Positions 13,545-23,767 of a stretch of 64,000 nucleotides of DNA are shown here, in pieces. How positions within the stretch are numbered: position 1 is the first letter of the stretch; every line of letters starts with the position of its first letter. A model generated the notes under the pieces. The model was not told the DNA's origin and made no database searches. It worked only from the letters and a program-made list of their open reading frames with translations. A program made the translations under genes and the position numbers. Origin of the DNA: Eledone cirrhosa (Eukaryota); NCBI GenBank assembly GCA_964016885.1, contig OZ024740.1, positions 421,538,001-421,602,000 on the forward strand, written 5' to 3'.

Positions 13545-14046
13545 CAGAAAATAACTGCAATCCCAGTCAGTTGCTATAAAATAGCTTATAAAATCAGGTA
13601 ATGACCCTTAGAGATGGAAAAAGATGTTGACAGTGGCTGCTACAATGAATCAAAATCCTTATTTCCCAGATACTGGCTAGGTGCTCTAACCATTGAGTTA
13701 AGGGACCCCTGACAATATCTTACCCTCTAAATTAAAGAGCTAAATCAAAGCTTTTGAAAGTATAAACAAATGTTGTGTGTGAAGCTTAAATTTTCAAACT
13801 TATGAAGTCCAAGGAAATAAATTTATAAGAAAATATAGGAAGCTCAGGAGGAGAAAATAACTGCAATTACAGTTAGTTGTTATAAAATAACTTATAAAAA
13901 TCAAGTAAAGACTCTTAGAAACAGAAAAATGTTGCCAGTGACCACAATGAGGAATTGAACTCCATATATCCAAGATACTGACTAGGTTCTCTAACTATTC
14001 AGCTAAGGTACCTCTGACAATACCTCACCGTCTAACTAAGGAGCTG
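13545..14046 (-). pseudogene. Duplicated ~200-bp segment, each copy carrying a decayed tRNA-like sequence (13634-13707, 13939-14012)
   Basis: Minus strand GGTACCTTAGCTGAATAGTTAGAG...GAGTTCAATTCC has A/B-box layout; stems are imperfect, so a tRNA pseudogene or SINE head. Confidence 0.55.
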
Positions 14047-14181
14047 ACAAAAATCCAAGTTTCACACCTGACTTTTGTTTAAACTTATCTTGTTTCAAAA
14101 ATGTTTAAAGTTGCTTTTTTTTTCTTAGCTAAAAAAAAAGTGACTCAGTGAGGAAAAAAAAAGAAACGAAATTCTTCTTAC

Positions 14182-14247
14182 CCTTGTAGAGATATAGAAT
14201 TCTTCTTCACGCCATGTCGATCATAGATTCTTACAAGTTGATCTACC
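14182..14247 (-). CDS. WDR19: WDR19/IFT144 coding exon 3 (66 bp)
   Basis: tttcag|G GTA GAT...CAA GG|gtaaga; encodes VDQLVRIYDRHGVKKNSISLQG versus recalled human [22 protein letters not shown]. Confidence 0.93.
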
Positions 14248-14377
14248 CTGAAAATAGACCAACACATTGTCTTATGTAGAAACAATTTAAGTATATTTTA
14301 AATCTGACTGCTCTAGGAAGATTAACTATATATCTCAGCATCAATTCACCACTCACCAATTTGATTTCATATACACT

Positions 14378-14555
14378 AATGTAAATGTGGTTGGTGTTAG
14401 GAAGGGCATCCAGCCGTAGAAAACCTGCCAGATAGTCCTATATGAGCGAGACACAGTCACCCGACCAACCTTGCCTCAAGTGGGACAACTCCCGTCTAAC
14501 CCATGCTAGCGTGGAAGATGGACGTTAAACGAAGATGATGATGATGATGATGATT
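14378..14555 (+). mobile_element. SINE-like element with RTE-type 3' tail and (GAT)n end
   Basis: GTGGTTGGTGTTAGGAAGGGCATCCAGCCGTAGAAA...CCCATGCTAGCGTGGAAGATGGACGTTAAACGAAGATGATGATG. Confidence 0.85.
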
Positions 14556-14659
14556 TACCACTCTTTCATCTTCTCACACTCTATCTTTCTAGTTCTTATA
14601 TTTTTCATTCTTCAGGGAGATTTTTCATATCTATCTACACTCTAAATTGGTCATTTTGG

Positions 14660-15155
14660 TGTCATGATAGAAAGCACTCAGTCCACGCTGTAAAGTCCAT
14701 ACTGTAAAGTGATCATGTCAGCATCAGAAAGCACCCAGTCCACGCTGTAAAGTCCATACTGTAAAGTGATCATGTCAGCATCAGAAAGCACCCAGTCCAC
14801 GCTGTAAAGTCCATACTGTAAAGTGATCATGTCAGCATCAGAAAGCACCCAGTCCACGCTGTAAAGTCCATACTGTAAAGTGATCATGTCAGCATCAGAA
14901 AGCACCCAGTCCACACTATAAAGTTGTTGTATTGATGCCATGCTAAAAAGCACCCAGTTCATACTGCAAAGGGGTTGTTTTGATGCCATGATAAAACACA
15001 TCCAGTCCACGCTGTATATGTGGTTGGCATTAGAAACCACATCCAGTCGTAGAAACCAAGCCAGAATCAGTTCTGTTTGAGCATGTCTCATAATGGGACA
15101 ACTCATGTAACCTCATGTTAGCATGGAAAAATAGACATTAAACAGTGATGATGAT
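14660..15155 (+). mobile_element. Same SINE-like family with an internal 57-bp tandem expansion (14670-14925, ~4.5 copies)
   Basis: Unit AAAGCACCCAGTCCACGCTGTAAAGTCCATACTGTAAAGTGATCATGTCAGCATCAG, followed by the family 3' end and GATGAT tail. Confidence 0.85.
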
Positions 15156-15167
15156 ATATATATATAT

Positions 15168-15288
15168 ATAGGAAAATGTTCAAGACCCCGACGGCAGAGC
15201 TCAAGCCGTTTCGGCGGCTATTTCTGGTCCAGAAATAGCCGTCGAAATGGCTAGAGCTCTGCCGTCGGGGTCTTGAACATTTTCCTAT
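15168..15288. repeat. ~121-bp near-perfect palindrome (hairpin/MITE-like)
   Basis: ATAGGAAAATGTTCAAGACCCCGACGGCAGAGCTC...TTTCTGG-T-CCAGAAA...GAGCTCTGCCGTCGGGGTCTTGAACATTTTCCTAT; ~60-bp arms with ~3 mismatches. Confidence 0.95.
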
Positions 15289-15507
15289 TACCCACTCTAC
15301 TACCCAAAGTATCAAGTACTCTGGTGCGTTATGGTCCACCTGGTTCCTTACCACACCTCCTTTGTTATATATATATATATATATATATATATCAGGATAC
15401 AACCAGTTTAAAACTAGTTAGATCATTACTCAACAGAGTACTCAATACTTGGGGTAGTAGAGTATGGTTATATTATAAAGAGTTGGGATTCAACTACTGA
15501 GCTCTTA

Positions 15508-15543
<36 letters not shown>

Positions 15544-15610
15544 CAAGGATCTGATACCATCAACACCATAAACACAGAGCTGGCATATCTAAGAACTGAC
15601 TAACTGACTA

Positions 15611-15666
15611 ACTGCCTGATGAGGTCATAGCCATTCAATGGCTATCATCGAAATATATATAGCAGT
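15611..15666 (+). ncRNA. Type I minimal hammerhead ribozyme motif (Penelope/retrozyme type)
   Basis: Stem I ACTGC/GCAGT; CTGATGA core 15616-15622; stem II GGT-C-ATAGCCAT/ATGGCTAT-C-ATC; GAAA 15650-15653; palindromic stem III ATATATAT; predicted cleavage after AUA (15661); AATAAA follows. Confidence 0.8.
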
Positions 15667-15769
15667 AAATAAAGGATTATGAGTTCATGCAATTGTCTTA
15701 TGTTTCATCACTATATATATATAACTGAAATTTACAGACGTTTTAAAGAAGTAAAATGTGAAAGAATAC

Positions 15770-15861
15770 CCTGCAATAACTAAGTAGTTTCCATTAACTC
15801 TCTGCCAACAAAACTGGATAGCTCCATTTCCATTTTTTTCTTTTGGTATAGAAAATAAATC
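15770..15861 (-). CDS. WDR19: WDR19/IFT144 coding exon 2 (92 bp)
   Basis: ttttgcag|GAT TTA...GCA GG|gtattc; encodes DLFSIPKEKNGNGAIQFCWQRVNGNYLVIAG versus recalled human [31 protein letters not shown]. Confidence 0.92.
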
Positions 15862-16249
15862 CTGCAAAAGAGAAAAAAAACAAACGCACAAACTCATCAA
15901 TAAATTTTCAAATAAATTTGGCAATACTACTATCTAAAGCTAATGATAACGAATATAAAATACAAGATTTAATAGATTGACCACTTAGTATCTTATTGGT
16001 ATTCAGTTATATCTTGATGGCTCAGTCCATGATGTTGTAAACAGGTACCATGAGTAGGTACACTGAGCACTGCATAATTAATAAGTATCTAATTATCTAA
16101 TTAATGTGTAGGAGAAGTTGAACAAAGATGGATTATCAGCAACATCTGAATAAGAACCCTTAAGAATGAGACAGTCAGGAAACGAAGGGTAGGGAAGCTA
16201 TAGAACCTCTCTGTTAAATATAGGTTCAGTAAAACTCTACATGGTGTGT

Positions 16250-16742
16250 ATGACATGGAGGAGGATATAGAGATATGACATGGAGGAGGATATAGAGATA
16301 TGACATGGAGGATATAGAGATATGACATGGAAGATATAGATATATGACATGGAGGAGGATATAGAGATATGACATGGAGGATATAGAGATATGGCATGGA
16401 GGAGGATATAGAGATATGACATGGAGGAGGATATAGAGATATGACATGGAAGATATAGAGATATGACATGGAGGAGGATATAGATATATGACATGGAGGA
16501 GGATATAGAGATATGACATGGAGGATATAGAGATATGACATGGAGGAGGATATAGAGATATGACATGGAAGATATAGAGATATGACATGGAGGAGGATAT
16601 AGAGATATGACATGGAGGAGGATATAGAGATATGACATGGAGGAGGATATAGATATATGACATGTAGGAGGATATAGATATATGACATGGCGGAGGATAT
16701 ATAGAGATATGACATGGAGGATGTAGACAAATGACATGGAGG
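16250..16742. repeat. 25/22-bp minisatellite (~20 copies)
   Basis: TGACATGGAGGAGGATATAGAGATA and a variant lacking one GGA. Confidence 0.95.
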
Positions 16743-16799
16743 ACAGTCAGAAGTTTCTATGTGACTAGCTGCTGCAGGCTTCTGATGTAACACAGAGCT

Positions 16800-17450
16800 G
16801 GAGCAAGGTAGTAACCAGTGAAAAGGTGACTTGTCTTTGGAATAGTACTGTAGACAGGTATGGAAAAACTGGGAAACTGGGGGAAGCATAGGACAGTATC
16901 AAGTAACTAATAGAGAAGCTAGACATCAGGAGTACATAGCACTTAGGGAAGATGAAAGCAGGAGGTTTGCCCATGTTTTGTAATGTGGGGATGAGAGGTT
17001 TGAGGTGGTCTACATTGCAAAGCTGTGTATCAGTGTGAATGAGAATGTCATAGGAGAAAAGTGTGTTGAGAATAACACCAGTGAACTCAGACTCAGCACT
17101 GAGACTTTGAAATGTTACTATGAGAGGTTGCTGAATGAGAGGAATGAGGGGAAGGATGAGAGAATACCCCGCCCCCCAGTAAACTTAACTGACGGGCTAA
17201 CTCTGGAAGTTGACAGTTACAGGATCCAAAGTCAATAAGATACTGACATAATTTAGTTAAGAAGATGTAAAGCTAGTGACTCGCTTAATTAGGTAATACA
17301 TGACGATATCCAATGACTGGTATAGCTGTATAATCATTAATTCTTACAAGGGAAAAGGTGACGTTCTAGAAACGAACAACTACAGGGGAATAAAACTGAT
17401 GGCTCGAGTTATGAAGATGGCAGAAAGATGTTATCACAACTAATATAGTA
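16800..17450 (+). mobile_element. Decayed RTE-type LINE fragment (linker and start of RT)
   Basis: Broken frames give WKTGGS, YYERLLNE and YKGKGDVLETNNYRGIKLM (NYRGI is an RT domain-0/1 motif). Confidence 0.7.
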
Positions 17451-17459
17451 GGTTTAGTT

Positions 17460-17690
17460 TTATTAACAACATTTTTTTAAAAATCATAAACAAATCTATT
17501 TCAAATAACAACACTACAGATATTTGAAAACGGAAAGGGAAGAGAAAAGCAAGGGTTCTAGGGTCACAGAAGATCGAGAGGGTGATGGGCTCTGGTCCTA
17601 GGGCCTGGCGGTGTTAGGGCTGCACCCCGCGGACAAGGCCGCAAAGGTATTTCCACGGACAATGGCCAGCGACACCCGCTGCAACAACAA
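17460..17690 (-). mobile_element. 5'-truncated CRE-clade LINE 3' end
   Basis: Minus strand encodes LLLQRVSLAIVRGNTFAALSAG, the QR.S.AI.RGN C-terminal motif of CRE-like ORFs, then a pyrimidine-rich UTR and A-rich tail. Confidence 0.7.
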
Positions 17691-18339
17691 TTAGGGAAAG
17701 AATAAAATTAGGTGAGACGCAATTTGGCCTTGAGCTAATAAAGAGCACTATTGTCCGTATTACATGGATTCAATATTGATTTCTTACATATGCGCAAAAC
17801 CTCAAATTTAATATTAATTCAATATTAAATACATGTTTTAGGGGAACTAACTTTTTAAATGTAATACGTTTTAAATGTAAAGTATCTTTTATTTTCTTTT
17901 CTTCCCATTCATATAAAGACAGATATGTAAGTGTTTGAGTGCGCTAGTCACTATTTTTTATTCTCTACATGTTTACTTACGTTCTTATTTTATTGAGAGA
18001 AAGGGAAAGAGAAAGAACGAGAGGGAAAGTGGCCGAAATTAGAATATATAAAACTAAACAGAAGTAAAGATAGTAGAAGTAATAATATGAGCAATTTTAT
18101 TGAGTTTGTTGACTGTTTTCAAAGAGCAACAAGTATCTCAAATAACTATTTATTAGCATCATCACCATCATTACGATTTAAAACATTAAAAATAACCGGA
18201 ACCATAAAGTTTATAAATATTATCAAATATATATTCTCTTTAAAAAGACGCCAGAAATTAAAAAAGAATAAGATTAGAAAACGAATAGCAATGATTTTAA
18301 GTGAGTTAAAATATAAAAGTTTCAAACTGAGAAACCTAC

Positions 18340-18345
18340 CTTCAT
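18340..18345 (-). CDS. WDR19: WDR19 coding part of exon 1 (ATG AAG, Met-Lys)
   Basis: caaaaATGAAG|gtaggt; phase 0 into exon 2; human WDR19 is recalled to begin with the same 6-nt MK exon. Confidence 0.8.
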
Positions 18346-18350
18346 TTTTG

Positions 18351-18364
18351 GCTTCCTTGACAAC
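18351..18364. promoter_or_regulatory. RFX X-box next to the WDR19 start codon
   Basis: GCTTCCTTGACAAC fits RYYNYY-WW-RRNRAC exactly, 5 nt upstream of the ATG of an IFT gene. Confidence 0.7.
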
Positions 18365-18390
18365 AGACACTATTATGGCAGAATGGGAGA

Positions 18391-18408
18391 CACAGCACAT
18401 GCGCTGTG
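18391..18408. promoter_or_regulatory. NRF1/Ewg-like imperfect palindrome in the WDR19 promoter
   Basis: CACAGCACATGCGCTGTG; core GCACATGCGC is one mismatch from GCGCATGCGC. Confidence 0.4.
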
Positions 18409-18514
18409 CTGCTGTTGGAGAGAGTTATCTCCCTTACATCTGTTGGGTAATAGTGTGACGGCCAAACTCTTGAGGCTCCGACACCCCGTGTAATGTGTAT
18501 GACCGATTGATACA

Positions 18515-19142
18515 CATGTGGTTTCCGTGATCTGTCGGTTAACTCCCAACAGGGAGTTAGATGAAGCTCTCCTACGATGGGGTGAGTTGGGCTTGTCTGC
18601 TCCTGACAAAGTGAAGGACAGACGAAATCAGAGAGCTTGGGAGAGCATACATTCGAGGGCCACTTTTGACTCTCTCTTCGACCAGCTTGGACGAGCTTCG
18701 TGTATCCATTTCACTTGGAGTGGGAGCTGACGTCTTTACCGGTTTGAAATATCGATGTAGCAAACTCCTCGACTCCACAGTCTTTCTTGCCGCCTGAATG
18801 TCGGTCGCTTCGCGCGCCACTCGAAGCTAAACATCATCTTCAAGAGAGCTTTGGCCCGGGCAAACATCCCCTCAATTTTGGAACCGTCTGGGTTATCCAG
18901 AATTGATGGGAAAAGACCTGACGGCCTTGCCCTGTGCACTTAGTCAAGAGGCAGGTGCCTTATCTGGGACGTCACAGTTAGTGACTCTTTTGCTTCTTCC
19001 CACATCCTGGATGCTGCGGTTATAGCGAGAGCCACAGCTTCCGCAGCCAGACTGAACAAAATCCTAAAATACCATGATCTGTCGGCTAACTACATTTTCG
19101 AGCCTGTGGAGTTCAAGACGTTTGGGGGAGTCGGGCCTGGTA
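18515..19142 (+). mobile_element. CRE-clade non-LTR retrotransposon remnant (zinc-knuckle remnant plus restriction-like endonuclease)
   Basis: Frame reads [69 protein letters not shown]...KILKYHDLSANYIFEPVEFKTFGG (RH, RPD..D, K..KY motifs), with a stop and frameshifts. Confidence 0.85.
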
Positions 19143-20025
19143 AACGCATAGAATAACGAACCGATGTAAAGGACGTAATTTGAAAAAAACCAACAGCATT
19201 TATAAATAACTCTTTTCTTTTATCAAACATTCTTAAATTTTATGTATATATGCATATACTAATTGCTATACAAACTCTTTATCTAAACATACATCGAGTA
19301 ATATTCTAATCTGTAGTCATTCCGATCTCTATACCGTGAACACTTCATATATATGTACAGCCACCGGAAATAACAGCTGTGAAATATACAGCGCCATCTA
19401 CCTGTTAGCTAGCTACTTCAACGTGAAACAAAAGAACCCTTAGAACCTATCAGAATAAACGCCTACACATCGACTAAACAACAAACGATTGTTCCTGTAT
19501 AAATAGAGTGGTTGCAAACACTTCAGCTGTCGACTTTTGGCAGAGTCAGCTAGCGCATCGTTGTTCCTTTACTCTGCCACGCTTTGTCACTCACACGCCT
19601 TGTATCTCGTATCGTCGCTTCATGTGAAAATAAATAGCTGATCGAATTTACATCTCGCCTTGCTTCGTCCTTTCAACTTGTGCTTTCGTCTGTCCATCTT
19701 CAGCAGTTCTTTTAAGGGCTATATGCGACAACAGTCCTTTTAAGGGCTATCTTCATATCTGATCAGACCGTATGCGATAAGAGTCCTTCTAAGGGCTATT
19801 CTCAGATCTGATCAGAAGTAGTGACTAGACTGACTAACCACGTCGTTACATATATATAAAATACAATATGATGAAAAGGTAACACACTAGAGAGAGATAG
19901 TGCGCCATCAATAAAACAGGGAAAACCACCAGTGTATGGAATCTATAACCTATGAGAGGCAGGGTAGACACACGATAATTAAAAATATGAACTAAAGTGT
20001 AAATACGCACCTCTATAACTATATA

Positions 20026-20108
20026 ATACACGTACAAATCCAAAGAGATCTGTTTCGCCAGGAAGTTGTTGACTGAAAAGAAGTAGCCCATGGTTCATCA
20101 GCGTGTGT
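20026..20108 (-). ncRNA. Type I hammerhead ribozyme motif, copy in arm B
   Basis: ACACG-CTGATGA-ACCATGG...CCTGGC-GAAA-CAGATCTCTTTGGATTTG-TA-CGTGT; stem I ACACG/CGTGT; stem III ACAGATCT/GGATTTGT; GUA cleavage triplet. Confidence 0.7.
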
Positions 20109-20524
20109 AAGGCTGTAGCAGTAATATATATACATTCCAGACAACTAAGAGAATCTAAAGCGACCGCCCAGCTACGATGGCGCACTATCTCTCTCTAATG
20201 TGTTACCTTTTCAACATATTGTATTTTAAAGAGCTCAGGATTCCTTCTCCTTTGAGCACATTATTGACAGGGAATAGCGAGAGTCTATGGCTCCGTTAAT
20301 TTATCGTGATATTTCACTCCTTATAACAGTCTTTCCTCTCTCTGTTTGGTTGAGCACACTTCTCTGAATGGTTTTGGGCTGCCCTTTCTAGCAGCCCGTC
20401 CCTCAGAGACCACTGGTTCACTGCCCTAAAACGCTGTGACATCTCTCTCCCACGTGTAGCTGGGCGGTCGCTTTAGATTCTCTTAGAGTCGTCTGGAATG
20501 TATATACATTACTGCTACAGCCTT

Positions 20525-20607
20525 ACACACGCTGATGAACCATGGGCTACTTCTTTTCAGTCAACAACTTCCTGGCGAAACAGATCTCTTTGGATTTGTA
20601 CCTGTGT
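20525..20607 (+). ncRNA. Type I hammerhead ribozyme motif, copy in arm B'
   Basis: Same core as arm B (CTGATGA 20532-20538, GAAA 20577-20580, GTA 20598-20600); stem I ACACACG/CCTGTGT has one mismatch. Confidence 0.65.
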
Positions 20608-20679
20608 TATATAGTTATAGAGGTGCGTATTTACACTTTAGTTTATATTTTTAATTATCGTGTCTACCCTGCTAGTATC

Positions 20680-20940
20680 ACATGTACCACATGACACAAC
20701 ACCAATTATACCACACCAACTGTACTACATGACACAACACTACACCAACTGTACCACATGACACAACACCACACCAACTGTACCACATGACACAACACCA
20801 ACTGAACCACATGACACAACTCTACAGCTACTGTACCACATGACAAGACCACACCAACTGTACCACATGTCACCGCACTAACTGTACTACATGACACAAT
20901 GCCGCACCAACTGTACTATATGACACAATGCCACACCACA
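20680..20940. repeat. Degenerate 22-27-bp minisatellite
   Basis: CACCAACTGTACCACATGACACAA variants repeated about 10 times. Confidence 0.85.
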
Positions 20941-20974
20941 CAGAAGAAGACATGTAAAACATAGATTTAATATT

Positions 20975-22210
20975 GTTTGGCAGTAGATCTCTTTTTGTGT
21001 GTGTGCTTACCACCCAATCTGACATTGAAGGTGCTCTCAATTGACTATTTTTTCCACATATTATCAATGAATATGACTTTGAAACCTGACGAAAATGACT
21101 AGCTTTGGAGACAAAAGAGGGAGGAAAGTGGGCAGAAAAACCATTCACAAAGCTAGTCATTTTTTATTGCAGTGGAAGTCATATTTGTTGTTAATATGCT
21201 AAAAAACTGTCGACTGTGAGCAACTTGGAGGTTGAATTAGTTGATAGCACATGGAAAAATGTAGGGGGGAATTTTTTCTGACTTAAATCAAAGTGGAAAT
21301 TAAAGTCCTTACTTTATAGGAAAACACCATATTAAACTACCTGAAACCACACCATACCATACATCATATCATGGTAAATTTATTGCAGAACTCCTACTCC
21401 TACTGTTTACATCAACACACCATGGTATTGACATCAATGTGACAAATGTTCTTCCTGTTTTGTTTTGTGGTTACCACCCAATCTGACATCAAAGGTGCTT
21501 GCAATTGACTATTTTTTTTCACACATTATCAATGAATACGACATGGAAACCTATTGTTTACGATTGGTTTCCATGTCATAACTTCACCAAACCAAACCAC
21601 ACCATACCAAGCTACACCATGCTATTGATCTCAGTGTGAAAAATTTTCTTCCGCTTTTTATTTTCTTTGTGTGTGCTTACCATCTAATCTGACTTCCAAG
21701 CTGCTTGCTGGGTTTTTTCCACATATTATCAATGCATGTTACTTTGAAACCTGTCGAAAATTACTAGCTTTGTTGAGAAATAAGGGCTGAAAGTGGGAGG
21801 GAAAACCATTCACAAAGCTAGTCGTTTTTTATTGCAGTGGAAATCATATTTGTTGTTAACATGCAAAAAGAATAGTTGATTGTGAGCATCTTGGAGGTCA
21901 GATAAGTTGATAGCACATGAAAAACAAATTTTCCAGCTTAAATTGTTTTACCTGTCTGTCTACCTACCTACCCAATTATATATATATAAAACAAAGGAAA
22001 AATTTTTTTTTCCAACTTAAATCAAAGTGGAAATAAAAGAGAGAAAGCACACCCACACCAAACTATGGTAAAGTTATTGAAAAACAACTCCTTGATCTCG
22101 GTGTGAAAAACTTTTCTCCTGTTTTTTGTGTGTGTGCTTACCACCCAATCTGACCTCCAAGGTGCTCACATTTGGAAAAACAAATTTTCCAGATTAAACT
22201 GCTCTACCAA
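20975..22210. repeat. Diverged local tandem duplications (four partial copies)
   Basis: TGTGCTTACCACCCAATCTGAC... recurs near 21000, 21465, 21670 and 22130; the GGAAAAACCATTCACAAAGCTAGTC block recurs near 21135 and 21800. Confidence 0.8.
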
Positions 22211-22394
22211 CCTAAATAATTATATATATAAACACATCTAACTCCCTATATATCTATCTTACTATCTATACCTACCTAGCAAGGTATGTATCTTTCTGTC
22301 TGCCTTACTATTTATGTTTGTCTCTATATCTATCTCTCTGTCTACTTACCTACCTTGATAACTATCTATCTATCTTTCTAACTTCATACCTGCC

Positions 22395-22572
22395 TTTCTA
22401 GTCATACTTTCATCCAATCTTGCTAAATACTGCCCAGGTCTTTGTTGGTTGTTCTCTGCTACGGCTTCCTTCTACTGGGATTTCCTGGCATTTCTTCACC
22501 CATCAGTCATTGTCCATGCTCATCACATGTCGATACCAACGCAGCCTTCTCTCCTTCACACCATCTAAGATG
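22395..22572 (-). mobile_element. RTE LINE 3' ORF fragment
   Basis: Homologous to 30500-30650 (ATTTCCTGGCATTTCTTCACCCATC...ATCACATGTC.ATACCA). Confidence 0.75.
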
Positions 22573-22628
22573 GTAAATACAATGTCTTCTAAGTGAATAA
22601 ACACAACAAACAGATCACATAAATGAAT

Positions 22629-22634
22629 TTTATT
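22629..22634 (-). promoter_or_regulatory. Candidate EZH2 poly(A) signal (implies ~3.4-kb 3' UTR)
   Basis: AATAAA on the minus strand, with U-rich upstream and GU-rich (TGTTTGTTGTGTTT) downstream sequence. Confidence 0.4.
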
Positions 22635-22799
22635 CAGTAATTATTTTGTTGTTGCTTACAAATCTATGTTGCAACAATTAAAAAGAAAATTATAAAAATC
22701 AATGAAAAGATGAACTTGCCGGAAAAAAAAATGTAATAAAATAAAAATGTATATATTAAAAAAAATCAAAAGCTTTCTAAAATTCTGATGGAAAGGGCT

Positions 22800-22992
22800 T
22801 TAACCCAGCCATATCCAACCAGAATTCTCTCACCTCTTTCTGTTCAAACTGGCTGTAACCGGGTGCTCATACTGATGTTAAGGTATCGTTCTCAAAATAA
22901 ATATCAAAATCTCATAGATATTATGTGAGGTAAAGCCATTACCATGAAAATATAATAGTATATATAGAGTAATGTAAATGGTAAAGGGTTAA
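22800..22992. mobile_element. TTAA-flanked piggyBac-type MITE (copy 1)
   Basis: TTAACCC...AAAGGGTTAA; body similar to 57246-57464. Confidence 0.7.
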
Positions 22993-23767
22993 ACTTAAAA
23001 CAACAAAAACAAATCCATGAAATAGAAACTTATGGAGGTTTCTGTGTGTCGAAATGTGTACGTCAGTTGAGGTGACTTTAGACACAGTTACAGATTTTGT
23101 ATTTGTTAAGTAAAGTTTATTGTCAACTGGACATGTTCTAGGTAGAAATAGGTATTTCTAGAAAGGAGATATTTTCTTGCTAGCAACAGGTGAGGAAGAA
23201 TGAGCAAGTGAGAGAAAGAGTTCAGATGTTGAAGGAGAAAGAGAGAGAAAGAGTTTATATGCTGAGGGAGAAAGAAAGAGTTTATATGTTGAGGGTTAAA
23301 TAATATGATTTAATTTATTTTAATGTTGATGTCAAGTATTAGTTTAGGCTTCACTTCTACCTCCCTAAAATATTAGTAACCTATACATATTATATATACA
23401 TAGCATACAAGATGGGTAAGAGATGGGCAAACTAATTATTAAATATCCAACAGACAAACATAAGAGACAGGGAGGAATTGTTTGAGAAGAACCAGCAGAG
23501 AATTTTCCAATGCTAACTTTACACGGTAAAGGAATTTTTTGGCAGAAGTGTATCTTTTAGTTGCTAGCAACTTCAGCTCCAAATGTGAATATATTTAGAC
23601 TGTGCTGATGGTAGAGAAGAGGGGTTAATTATCCAGCAGTAGACAAAAGGAAAAGATTAACAAATATAATCCCCTCCCACACACCAACACACTCTCTATA
23701 GGGAACCACTAGGGATATTTTTTCAATGGTGGGGGTGGGTCATAAAGATAAAAATATTAATCATTAT

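Larger units (their letters stand above)
19857..20672. mobile_element. Interleaved inverted-repeat element carrying two hammerhead motifs (Penelope-like pLTR/retrozyme candidate)
   Basis: A 19857-19909 / A' 20176-20228 (53 bp, 2 mismatches); B 19959-20175 / B' 20456-20672 (~217 bp). Confidence 0.75.

Noticed and set aside
13939-14012. Functional tRNA gene
   Set aside because: Acceptor and anticodon stems do not pair properly; treated as a decayed tRNA-derived sequence.
16101-16889. Long ORFs in all three minus frames
   Set aside because: Translations of the 25/22-bp minisatellite.
18087-18458. 123-aa plus-strand ORF overlapping WDR19 exon 1 as a divergent gene
   Set aside because: AT-rich, no recognisable domain, and overlaps the WDR19 start and intron in antisense.
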